A DNA stretch of 64,000 nucleotides from a virus: IMG/VR virus record IMGVR_UViG_3300021961_000023. One strand, 5' to 3'. The stretch's first letter is position 1, and each line of letters starts with the position of its first letter. The position numbers were made by a program, and so were the translations under genes. The notes beneath the pieces were generated by a model. That model made no database searches. It saw nothing but the letters and a program-made list of their open reading frames with translations, and was not told the origin of the DNA. Below, one piece after another: positions 52,667 through 63,300 of this stretch.

Positions 52667-52860
52667 ACGAATGTCCGTGATTCGTCAGTCACGGATATTC
52701 GTATTCGGCAGTTAATGCCGCCGATTGTTTATAACGTCGGCGGGCGTTGCGGGTTATAAGCCCCCCCCCTTAATTAAAAAGGTAAACTACCCTAACCTAC
52801 AGAGGTGACAAATCGACCTCTCAATATCTCATAAGAAAAAAATTTCCCCAGAAAATTTCA
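52667..52860. other. Non-coding hairpin cluster at the early/structural boundary
   Basis: CGAATGTCCGTGA/TCACGGATATTCG; CGCCGA/TCGGCG; GGG-TTATAA-GCCC with a C9 run; AGAGGT/ACCTCT; A-tracts. Confidence 0.7.
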
Positions 52861-52903
52861 GACTCTCCAAGGTCGCATAGATACTAGAGAGTGAACGAAA
52901 CAT

Positions 52904-53071
52904 ATGAAACACACCGTGTATCACGTCTATCACTCAAAAGAAGTCATCGCCCACAGTTTGTCAAAAGAAGAGTTAATCCGCAAGATTATTGAAGATGAGA
53001 TCAAGCCGAATAAGCACGAGATTCTCATGTTGACGACAGATTTAGAGAGGGGAACCGAACAATCATATTAG
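52904..53071 (+). CDS. Small hypothetical protein
   Basis: MKHTVYHVYHSKEVIAHSLSKEE...EQSY*, 55 aa, hand-translated. Confidence 0.55.
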   Translation: MKHTVYHVYHSKEVIAHSLSKEELIRKIIEDEIKPNKHEILMLTTDLERGTEQSY

Positions 53072-53072
53072 G

Positions 53073-53101
53073 TTGACAATGACTAGATAAACAGTTAGAC
53101 T
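53073..53101 (+). promoter_or_regulatory. Sigma70 promoter
   Basis: TTGACA-N17-TAGACT. Confidence 0.7.
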
Positions 53102-53123
53102 TGAACTGAAAAATAACAAAGTT

Positions 53124-53918
53124 ATGGCAAAAGGATTTAAAGTAAAAACAGCACAAGTACAGCAACAAGATGGTCTCGATTGGGACTATGATGCTATCAA
53201 AGAGCGTATGCGTGGTAAGAGCATTGTCTTTTGCCTACCTGGTCGAGGATGCTCTTACATTTTTCTGAAGAACTTTGTTCAACTGTGTTTTGACATGGTT
53301 CAGAACCAGATGAACATTCAGATCTCTCAAGATTATTCTTCGATGGTGAACTTTGCACGTTGTAAGTGTTTGGGTGCAAATGTTCTCCGTGGTCCCGATC
53401 AGATTCCCTGGGATGGTAAACTGCAATATGATTACCAACTCTGGATTGATAACGATATTGTTTTCAACACTGAGAAGTTCTGGCAACTGTGTGATCTCGC
53501 AGTTCCTGGTCCTGACAAAGACGGTAATCCTCAAGATGAGCGTATGATCGCAGCAGGTTGGTATGCCACCGAAGACGGACATACTACCAGCGTCGCACAC
53601 TGGCTCGATGAAGAAGACTTCCGTAAGAACGGTGGTGTGATGAATCATGAGACCGTAGAGACCATGAGTAAGCGTCGTAAACCCTTTACTGTGGACTATA
53701 CTGGTTTCGGTTGGGTCATGATCAAGAACGGTGTCTTTGAGCACCCTGAGATGAAGTATCCCTGGTTCGCTCCTCAGATGCAAACCTTTGAGGACGGTAA
53801 AGTTCAGGATATGTGTGGTGAAGACGTATCATTCTGTCTTGATGCAAAGGCAGCAGGCATTGTGACCTGGTGTGATCCTCGGATCCGCGTGGGTCACGAA
53901 AAGACTCGTATTATTTGA
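53124..53918 (+). CDS. Conserved cyanophage GT-A fold glycosyltransferase-like protein
   Basis: VNFAR, LWIDNDIVF (DxD), YTGFGW, GEDVSFC, RVGHEK. Confidence 0.75.
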   Translation: MAKGFKVKTAQVQQQDGLDWDYDAIKERMRGKSIVFCLPGRGCSYIFLKNFVQLCFDMVQNQMNIQISQDYSSMVNFARCKCLGANVLRGPDQIPWDGKLQYDYQLWIDNDIVFNTEKFWQLCDLAVPGPDKDGNPQDERMIAAGWYATEDGHTTSVAHWLDEEDFRKNGGVMNHETVETMSKRRKPFTVDYTGFGWVMIKNGVFEHPEMKYPWFAPQMQTFEDGKVQDMCGEDVSFCLDAKAAGIVTWCDPRIRVGHEKTRII

Positions 53919-53932
53919 TCTAGGAGATTATT

Positions 53933-54076
53933 ATGGCAAGACCCAAAGGCAGTTTGACCTCTAAGATTCATATCGAAGGGAAACCTAAGAAGACTCGTCA
54001 AGGTCGTTCACAAAATACGAAACTCTCTGCGAGCTCCCGTAACTCGGCTCGTAAAAGGTACAGAGGACAAGGTTAA
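53933..54076 (+). CDS. Small basic protein ending RKRYRGQG
   Basis: AGGAG SD; 47 aa and K/R-rich; below the track cutoff. Confidence 0.7.
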   Translation: MARPKGSLTSKIHIEGKPKKTRQGRSQNTKLSASSRNSARKRYRGQG

Positions 54077-54125
54077 ATAGTTAATGAAGCATGTAGAAAT
54101 ACATGCTTTTTTCATGGGAACTTAT

Positions 54126-54824
54126 ATGGCATATCTGAATCACAACCTACCAACATTTACTTGTTACATTCGTAATGAGTTTTTATACAATCATAAAAAA
54201 GGGCATGGGGAGGTCACTTTATGCGATGTTCACTCTGTTGCCTCCTTAGAGAAGCACGTACCCCTCTTTGAGACCTTTTTAGAGAATGGGGTCAACTGGA
54301 CACGAAGACCGATTCATGCGTTCTGCTGGAAACCTGATGCACCTGTACCAGAGTTAGAAGAGTGTATGTGGTGGGATTGCTTTTCTCCTTATATTGATGT
54401 TCAAGTTCGCTCAAGAATGGCTAACTTACGTGCCGAACTGATTAACTACAAAGGAGAAAAAAATGAGGGTACATATATGTTCACTCTTGATTGGTCATGG
54501 GAATCAAAATCAACCCTGAATACCAATTTTAGTGAGACTCCAGAACATAAATGTGCTCATTTTTTCAAGATGGACAATGGAAACTTCTATGCATACCCTA
54601 ATAATAAAATATTATGGTATGATGATGCATGGACACGCAATAGAATTACCAAAAATCCAGGATACGAAATCGATCTAACCGAATATTCCGTTGAAAATCG
54701 TCGAAAAATTGAGACCTCTGACGATTTTATGTACGAAATTGCTAAAATTCGGGATAGCAACCCCGTAAAAAGTTCTGATTTTAACGAATCAGGAGCAAAA
54801 ACCAATGGCGAACAGTCCAGTTGA
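54126..54824 (+). CDS. Conserved phage hypothetical protein
   Basis: MAYLNHNLP...RRPIHAF...WDCFS...YMFTLDW...EHKCAH...GNFYAYPNN. Confidence 0.72.
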   Translation: MAYLNHNLPTFTCYIRNEFLYNHKKGHGEVTLCDVHSVASLEKHVPLFETFLENGVNWTRRPIHAFCWKPDAPVPELEECMWWDCFSPYIDVQVRSRMANLRAELINYKGEKNEGTYMFTLDWSWESKSTLNTNFSETPEHKCAHFFKMDNGNFYAYPNNKILWYDDAWTRNRITKNPGYEIDLTEYSVENRRKIETSDDFMYEIAKIRDSNPVKSSDFNESGAKTNGEQSS

Positions 54825-55011
54825 CAAAAGTAACGACTTTATTCAGTCAGGAATGACACTGATTACCGAAATTTCTTCGGAAAAATACCTAAAAAAGGTA
54901 AAAAAGAGTGGAAAATCGCTCTCTAAGTATGAACTACCAAATGATCGATATTCAAGACCCTGTGGTGGAGCAGGAGGATTCGATGATTTCGTTGAGAGGT
55001 GGCATGAATAG
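54805..55011 (+). CDS. Small hypothetical protein
   Basis: AGGAG SD inside a hairpin. Confidence 0.6.
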   Translation: MANSPVDKSNDFIQSGMTLITEISSEKYLKKVKKSGKSLSKYELPNDRYSRPCGGAGGFDDFVERWHE

Positions 55012-55059
55012 GTTAAAAATACCTTCTAAATAAGGTAGAATCATAGTATACATTTATAA

Positions 55060-55461
55060 ATGCCTCTAGAAGGAGTCAGTCGCGGGTTTAAAGACATCAG
55101 TTTTTCGTTTACATCACATCCCCTCACTGGAGATTTGATCACTCTTTCTAATGAGAATGCAATTGCTCGTTCTTTACGCAATTTGGTTCTGACTGGATTC
55201 ACTGAGAGACTGTTTAATCAAGATCTTGGTTGCGATGTTAAACAGTCTCTTTTTGAAAACATTGACTTAGCAACGGGTTCAATCATTGAAACGCACATAA
55301 GAGCGACTATTCAAAACTATGAACCCAGAGTGAGAATCATCAAGGTTATTGCTGAACCTGATGTTGATAACAATAGTTTTGTTGTTACACTTCGTTATCA
55401 AATTGTGGGACTATCTCAAGTTACTCAAGAAATCAACTTTGTATTAGAATCGGGTCGATAA
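55060..55461 (+). CDS. gp25: Baseplate wedge subunit gp25
   Basis: FKDIS..F..HP.TGD...NENAIARSLRNLVLT...ER.F...G...I.NYEPRV. Confidence 0.9.
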   Translation: MPLEGVSRGFKDISFSFTSHPLTGDLITLSNENAIARSLRNLVLTGFTERLFNQDLGCDVKQSLFENIDLATGSIIETHIRATIQNYEPRVRIIKVIAEPDVDNNSFVVTLRYQIVGLSQVTQEINFVLESGR

Positions 55462-57369
55462 ATGGCATTAGTAAATTTCACAAATCTGGATTTTGACCAG
55501 ATAAAGACATCAATCAAAGATTATTTGAGGGCAAACTCAAATTTCACAGATTTTGACTACGAAGGATCAAACCTTTCTACGTTGATTGATGTTCTTGCCT
55601 ACAACACCTACATCAGTGCCTATAATGCCAACATGGCATCGAATGAGGTGTTTATTGATAGCGCAACACTTAGAGAGAATGTTGTTGCTCTTGCTCGTAA
55701 TATTGGATATATGCCTCGTTCAAGAAGAGGTGCAAGAGCAAAGTTCTCTTTTTATGTTGATACTTCTAGTTTGCCAACAAATCCAGTTCAACTAACCTTA
55801 AAAAAAGGAGTTGTTGCAACTACTTCAAACTTTGGATCGCAATCATATACTTTTACTATTCCAGCAGATATCACAGTTCCTGTTGTAAGTGATTTTGCAT
55901 ACTTTAATGACGTAGAGTGTTATGAAGGTACATACCTTGGAATAAACTTTACTGTAAGTGCCTCTAACAAGAGACAGAGATTTATTCTTGATAATCCTCA
56001 TATCGATACATCAACAATCAGAGTTACTGTAGATGAGGATGGTACAGGAGTTTTACAAGGAGTAACTTATAATCTTGCAGATAACCTTTTCAATGTTACT
56101 TCATCATCAAGAGTCTTCTTTATTCAAGAGATTGAAGATGAGAGATATGAAATACTTTTTGGTGATGGTGTGTTCGGCAAAAAGTTAGAAGCAGGTGCAA
56201 CAATCTCTGTAAGTTATAATGTAACAAACGGCGAAGAAGTAAATGGTGTTTCTGGACTAACTTTTGCAGGAAGATTACTTGATAATAACTCAAATATTGT
56301 CACAAGTAATATTTCACTACTCACTGTTACTCAGGCAGCAACAAGTGGTGCAGAGATTGAATCAGTATCATCGATTAAAAAATATGCTCCTAAATTGTAT
56401 GCAGCAAAGAATCGTGCGGTAACAACAAATGACTATGAAGCAATCATTCCTCAGATCTATCCAGAAGCTGAATCTGTATCTGTCTTTGGTGGCGAAGAAC
56501 TAGATCCTCCAAGATATGGAAAGGTCTTTATTACTATTAAACCTTCTTTTGGTCCATTTGTCCCAAACTCAATCAAAGATAATCTAAAGAAAGAACTTAG
56601 GAAGTACAGTGTAGCAGGTATTGTTCCAGAGATTCTTGATCTGAAATATCTTTATATTGAACTTGATTCTTCTGTTTATTATGATCCAAACAGAGCACCA
56701 AGTTCTAACTATGTTCTTGCGATTGTAAAAGAAAACTTGAAGGCATATGCAGATTCTACAGAACTTAATCGATATGGCGCAAGATTTAAATACAGTAAAC
56801 TTGGGTCATTGATTGACAACTCACATGAATCGATTACATCAAATATCACAACCGTTGAGATGCGTCGTGATGCTCGTATAAGACTCAATGAGTTTGCCGA
56901 GTATGAAATATGTTTTGGTAATCCCATTAATGTAAATAATCAAAAGGGATATAATATTCGGTCATCTGGATTCATTATTGCGGGTGTACAAGATACTGTA
57001 TATCTAACTGATATTCCTAATCCAGATGGAGTGACTGGTTCTATCGTATTCTTTAAACTACTCTCAGACACTCAGGTTCAAATAGTGAGAAGATCTGCAG
57101 GTATTGTACATTATTCTAAAGGTGAAATACTGTTAAATCCAGTGAGGATTAATGGTACTACTGTGTTTAGAGGAGCTAATCTTCTTGAAGTATCAGTAAC
57201 TCCAAGATCAAATGATGTTGTCGGATTACAGGATCTTTATTTGCAACTAGATATTAGTAGTACTAGTGTTGATATGGTTATTGATGAAGTTTCCTCTGGA
57301 ACTTATCCATCAGGAACAAACTACTTAGTTACACCAAGTTACTCCACCAGAGGATTAGTTAGAAAGTAA
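55462..57369 (+). CDS. gp6: Baseplate wedge subunit gp6
   Basis: LDFDQIK.SIKDYLR....FTDFDYEGSNLS.LIDVLAYNTY; FGDG.FGK; RAVT..DYE; follows gp25. Confidence 0.93.
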   Translation: MALVNFTNLDFDQIKTSIKDYLRANSNFTDFDYEGSNLSTLIDVLAYNTYISAYNANMASNEVFIDSATLRENVVALARNIGYMPRSRRGARAKFSFYVDTSSLPTNPVQLTLKKGVVATTSNFGSQSYTFTIPADITVPVVSDFAYFNDVECYEGTYLGINFTVSASNKRQRFILDNPHIDTSTIRVTVDEDGTGVLQGVTYNLADNLFNVTSSSRVFFIQEIEDERYEILFGDGVFGKKLEAGATISVSYNVTNGEEVNGVSGLTFAGRLLDNNSNIVTSNISLLTVTQAATSGAEIESVSSIKKYAPKLYAAKNRAVTTNDYEAIIPQIYPEAESVSVFGGEELDPPRYGKVFITIKPSFGPFVPNSIKDNLKKELRKYSVAGIVPEILDLKYLYIELDSSVYYDPNRAPSSNYVLAIVKENLKAYADSTELNRYGARFKYSKLGSLIDNSHESITSNITTVEMRRDARIRLNEFAEYEICFGNPINVNNQKGYNIRSSGFIIAGVQDTVYLTDIPNPDGVTGSIVFFKLLSDTQVQIVRRSAGIVHYSKGEILLNPVRINGTTVFRGANLLEVSVTPRSNDVVGLQDLYLQLDISSTSVDMVIDEVSSGTYPSGTNYLVTPSYSTRGLVRK

Positions 57370-57375
57370 AATAAA

Positions 57376-60300
57376 ATGGTAAACAGAGTCAAAATCAGTT
57401 CGATTGTAGAAGGTCAACTCCCTGAGTTCGTAAGGGAGGACTTTCCTCTTGTAGCAGAGTTTTTACAAGAGTACTATAGATCACTAGAGCATCAAGGTGG
57501 AACCCTTGATGTTTTACAAAATATTGATCAATACGTAAAACTTGAAGAACTTACAAATTTAACTGAAGAGTCAACTCTTACTAGTGATGTATCATACGTT
57601 GATACAGATATTACTGTTGATAGTACTCTAGGATTTCCAGATACATACGGATTGATTCAAATTGATTCGGAAATCATCACTTACACTGGTAAAACCGCAA
57701 CATCATTTACTGGATGTTTGCGTGGATTTTCAGGTATTTCATCTTTTAAAAGTCAGAATAAACCAGACACATTAGTTTTTTCAAAAACTTCTGTAGGCAG
57801 TCACACTTCTGGTACGAAAGTTAAAAATCTTAGTATTCTTTTCCTGAAGGAGTTTTTAAGAAAAATAAAAACTCAAATAACTCCAGGTTTCGAAGAAAGA
57901 GAGTTATACACTGGATTGGATCAAAAACTGTTTCTTAAACAGTCGAAAAACTTTTATGAAAGCAAGGGTGCAGATGAATCCTTTGAGATTCTTTTCCGTG
58001 CTCTTTATGGAGTTGATGTAGAAGTTTTAAAACCAAGAGATTATCTTTTTGAGCCATCGGATGCTCAATATAGAGTCACAAAGGATTTAGTCGTTGAACC
58101 CATTTATGGGGATCCTCTTGATTTAGTTAACAGAACTTTGTTCCAAGATGAGACTGATGATTTCAATCAAGCTCGTGGATCAATCACAAAAGTTGAAAAA
58201 CTAACAAAGAACTCAAAAGACTATTACAAAATAAGTCTTGATTCTGATTATGATAAAGATATTAATGTGTTTGGATCAATCTTTGGAAATTTCCAGGTAC
58301 ATCCAAAGACTAGAGTTATAACTGCAGTATCTGCTGGTGCAACAACTCTTGATGTTGATTCAACTGTAGGATTCCCAACATCAGGAACTTTAGTTGTAAC
58401 AAGTGCTCAAGGTGTAGAAAACTATATTAACTATTCTAGTAAGACATTAAACCAGTTCTTTGATTGCCAGGGAACTCCTGATATTCTATCAGAAACTGAT
58501 GTAAGATTTGACGTATATGCATATGGTTATTCTGGAGTTGGAACAGATAATCCTGTTCATGTTCGTATTGGCGCAGTTCTTTCAGATCTTGAGTTTTTAG
58601 ATGCTCCTTATGGTCTCCATGAAGCAGATACTATTAAGATCAAAGCACTAGGATCTTCACTAACAGATAAAAAATCAAATAACTGGATTTTTAATATTCC
58701 ATCTGTTTTTGATATTAAAACTGTTGAGTTAGTTGATACATCAGATTATACCTATAGATTTACAACTTTTGATCGTCTGACACTGTATGATGGTGATTCT
58801 GTAAATGTTTTGGCGTCTAATGGCGTTTCTTTTGCAGCACAAGTAACTTCTATTGAAAATGAAAGCACTTTCCAAGTAAGAATTGGAACAGGAATCAACG
58901 AAGGTCTTTCATATAAGGTATATAAAAATCTAACAAAGGTCAATAGTACAAACTTCCCTAGAGCGAATAGGAATAACGCAAACGTACAAAATGTTTATAC
59001 TGATTTAAAAAATTCTTTATACGTTGCTTCACCATCTCTACCTGCATATTTCAGACAAGAACTTAAGGTAAGAGATAGATCGATTACTTTCAGTGGAGTT
59101 TTTACTAATAATCAATCTATTAATGTTGGGTTCCATGGATTATATACTGGTGATTCAGTTGTATACATTCCTGGTTCTGATTCCAATAAGTTGAATATTG
59201 ATGCTGGAGTTTATTTTGTAAAGAAAATTTCTGATAATGAGATTTCCCTTTACAGAAGTAGAGCTAATATCTTTAATAATGTTTATATTCCAATCACTGG
59301 AAATGTAACTAATAATAAGTTTGAGTTGTTTGCTTTATCAGGTCAAACTCTTGAAACACAAAAACTCATTAGAAAGTTTTCAGAACCAGAGAATGGGTCT
59401 ATAACTTATGATACCAAACCAGGTCAAATTGGAATGCTGGTAAATGGTGTTGAGATTCTGAACTATAAATCATCAGATTCTATTTTCTATGGTCCAATAG
59501 AGAGTATTATTGCTACTTCTGGTGGAGACGGATATGATGTGATTAATCCACCTATTTTAGGTATTACTGATCCTGTAGGAACAGGAGCGACTGGTATATG
59601 TGCGGTAGAAGGATCTTTTGAAGATATTCTAGTTGTTGATGGTGGTTTTGATTATGTTGGCACTCCAGTGATTAGTATCATTGGTGGTGGTGGGCAAGGT
59701 GCCACTGCGAAAGCAGATATGGTGACTCTGAAGCATGTTAATAACTTTAATGCTTTTGGAGAGGCACTGGAAGTAAACCTAGTAAGTAATACTATTGGAT
59801 TTTCTTCATTCCATAAGTTTAGAAATGGTGAAGCAGTTGTATACTCAACTGGTGGTGCATCAAATGTAGGAGGAATCTCCACTGATGCCTGGTACTATGT
59901 TAATACGGTTTCAGATAGCAGTGTTCAACTTCACAACACATATGAAGATGCTATTGCTGGTATCAACACCATTAACTTAACTTCATATGGAAGTGGAACT
60001 CACTCTTTAACTGCTGTAAAGAGAAAGAGAACTATTAATAGTGTTAAAGTAACGAATCCTGGTTCTGGATATAAGACCAGACAGGTATCTGTAATGCCAA
60101 GTTATGTAAATGTTGCATCTAACATTATTAACTTTAATGATCATGGATATAATGATGGGGAAATAGTTGTATATACCGCAACATCTACTCCGATTACTGG
60201 ATTAACATCTGGATCTAGTTATTATGTAACTAGAGTAAATGATGATCAGTTTAGATTATCAGTTGTAGGTGTTGGATCGACAGTTGCAAAAGATTTTTAT

Positions 60301-63300
60301 TACACAACTAATCAGTTTGTTGATCTTAAGTCTCAAGGATCTGGAGTACACAACTTTAACTATGAACCAATAAGAGTTATTGTTAGTGGAAATATTGGTG
60401 TTACAACTTTTTCTGGTCAAGATTTTAATGCTGTTTTACAACCAATCGTCAGAGGAAAAATCACAGGAGTTTCTTTAACTGATAGTGGTGTTGGTTACGG
60501 TAGCAGTGAAATAATCGGAGATAACAGACAACCAACCTTTACATTAAATCGTGGTTCTGGTGCTCTACTAGAACCAGTTGTTATTAATGGCACAATAGTA
60601 GAAGTGATTGTAAGATCTGGTGGATCTGGATATAACTCTCCACCAAAACTCAACGTACTTGGAGATGGTCAAGGTGCTGAGTTAGTACCAGTCATTAAAA
60701 ATGGCGCTATATCAAGTGTTTTTATTGCTAATAGTGGATATAACTACACAAATAGCAAAACTAGCATTGATATTATTCCTGCTGGATCAGGAGCTAGTTT
60801 CCAGGCAAACATTAAAACATGGGTTATCAATCTATTTGAGAGATATCTACAGAATGGTATCATAACAGATGATGATGGTATTCTTGTAGAGGGATTGAAT
60901 CCAACTTACGGACTTCAGTACACTCACTTGTATTCGCCAAGAAAACTAAGGCAAAATGTTTATAGAGAAGTAACTCGTCTAAACAAACAAGTTTTTGTTC
61001 CCGATCTTATTATTGATCCTGTTTCAAAAACTGAAAGAGAATCATTGAATCACTCACCAATTATTGGATGGGCTTATGATGGTAATCCAATATATGGACC
61101 TTATGGATATGATACTCCACAAGGTGGTATAGTCAGGGCATTGAGATCTGGATATGAGAGGATAACTGCTGCAAATAGACCCCCATTTTCACAAGGATTC
61201 TTCATTGATGATTTTGTCTTCAATGGAACTGGGGATCTTGATGAGCATAATGGTAGATTCTGTATTACTCCCGAGTATCCAAATGGTACGTATGCATATT
61301 TTACAACGATTTCTCCTGATTCTGTTGAGAGTTCTGGTCCTTTCTTAGGATATAAACTCCCACAGTTCCCGTATTTTATTGGAAACACATATAGATCGGT
61401 TCCAATTGATTTTAACTTCAAAAAAGAATCAAATCAAGATGAGTTTGATCTGGTTAGCGCAAATCTTTCTAGAAATATAACTCCATATAATCTTACATCA
61501 CAAACTCAAGATTATCCATATGTATTAAATCCAAATAAAATCCAAAACCATGATTCTGAAATAGAATCTGTCATTAATGGATATATTGAAGATATCAAAA
61601 TCACTAAACGTGGAGTAGATTATAAGGTTGGTGACTCTATTATTTTTGATAATACAGGTACTAGTGGATATGGAGCAGCAGCTAAAGTTTCTAGAGTTGA
61701 CGGTGTAACTGTAAGTGGGGTTAGAGTTTCTAGTACCCAACTTACAAATATTGAGTTTAGTCAATCTGGTGAAACTGGGACTTTAATCGGATTTGCACCT
61801 CAACCACACAATCTGAAGAACAACGATGAGGTTTCGATTAGTGGACTCTCAACTACTAATACAGGACTACAAAGATTTTTCTCCATTGGTGTTCCACAGA
61901 ACACTCTTGTTCTAAGGTCAGGGATAGGAACAACTGGAGCAACTGGTATTGTTACTTACATCAGTGTTTCTGGTTCACTTTCATATCCAGATATTGCTGT
62001 AAATGATGTTTATGATATTGAAAATGAAAAAGTAAGAGTTCTTTCTATTGATGAATCAGGTTCTAGAATCAGAGTAGAAAGACAATATGGAAATACTTCT
62101 GGAGCAGCACATACTGCATCAAGTTTTGCATATGAGGATTCCAGAAAGTTCTTTGTAAATGTTGGTTATTCTCAAAACTTAGATCTTGCACCAAATAAAG
62201 AAATTTATTTTAATCCAGTAGAGTCTATCGCTGTTTCTGGAGTTGGTGCTACTGATTTTGTATCTGTAGTTGGTGTAGCAACAACATCAAAAGTAGTAGT
62301 TTCTTTTGCAAATCCAGGTTCTGGGGTAACTTCTGTTGTTTTATCTGCTAAACAAATTTACTTACCAAATCATGGATTAAAAACTAATGATCAACTGATT
62401 TATAAAACAAATGGTGGAGATCCTATTAGAGTTTCACTTGCAATAACAGAGCAATTTGATACTGGTTATGCAGTTGGAATCAACACGTTTACTCTTTCTA
62501 ATAATACAGTTGTATATGCAGCAAAGATCTCTAATGATATTATTGGCATTGCAACTAATCCTATTGTTCCAGACAATGGAAATCCAGGGTCATTCGTTGG
62601 TATAGGTTCTACGACTAATGGATTACTGTACTTTGAGAATATTGGAACAGGAGTAAAACATAGTTTTGAAACAAACTATCTCAATACTCTTTCTGGATTA
62701 GTCAATAGAAATGTTGTTACCGTTTCCACTGCTTCCACTCATAACCTTATTGCAAATGATACTATAAGTGTCAATGTATTTCCTGGTATTACAACTTCAA
62801 TCAAACTCATTTATAATGATGAACAGAAACGAGTATTAGGAAATAAAGTAAGTTTTGCTAAAACTTCTGTAGACTTGTTGAGTAATGTTATCACTGTACC
62901 AAATCATGGGTTTGTTACAGGACAGAAAGTTTTATATGAATCTGCACTATCATCCGCAGATAGAGTCATTACTTCAAATACAAGTGTAGATGTGCCTACA
63001 ATTTTCCCATCTCCCTTAGAAGTAGAAACACCATATACGTTACTAGCGACTGAAAATGGAGTAATCATAGTTGATGCAGAATCGATTCCAGATAACTCTC
63101 TATTCTATGTCGTTGTTTTAGATTACAACAGAATACAACTTGCACCTACTTATCATGATGCTACAAAGGCAAATCCAACAGTTATTGATATGGTGTCTAA
63201 CACATATGGAAGTGTTGCACCAGTTAATCCCCCAATAGCATTGATTAAGAATCAAATCGTTGAGTTTGATTTGTCGGATTCCAGTCTCTCTTATCGCAGA

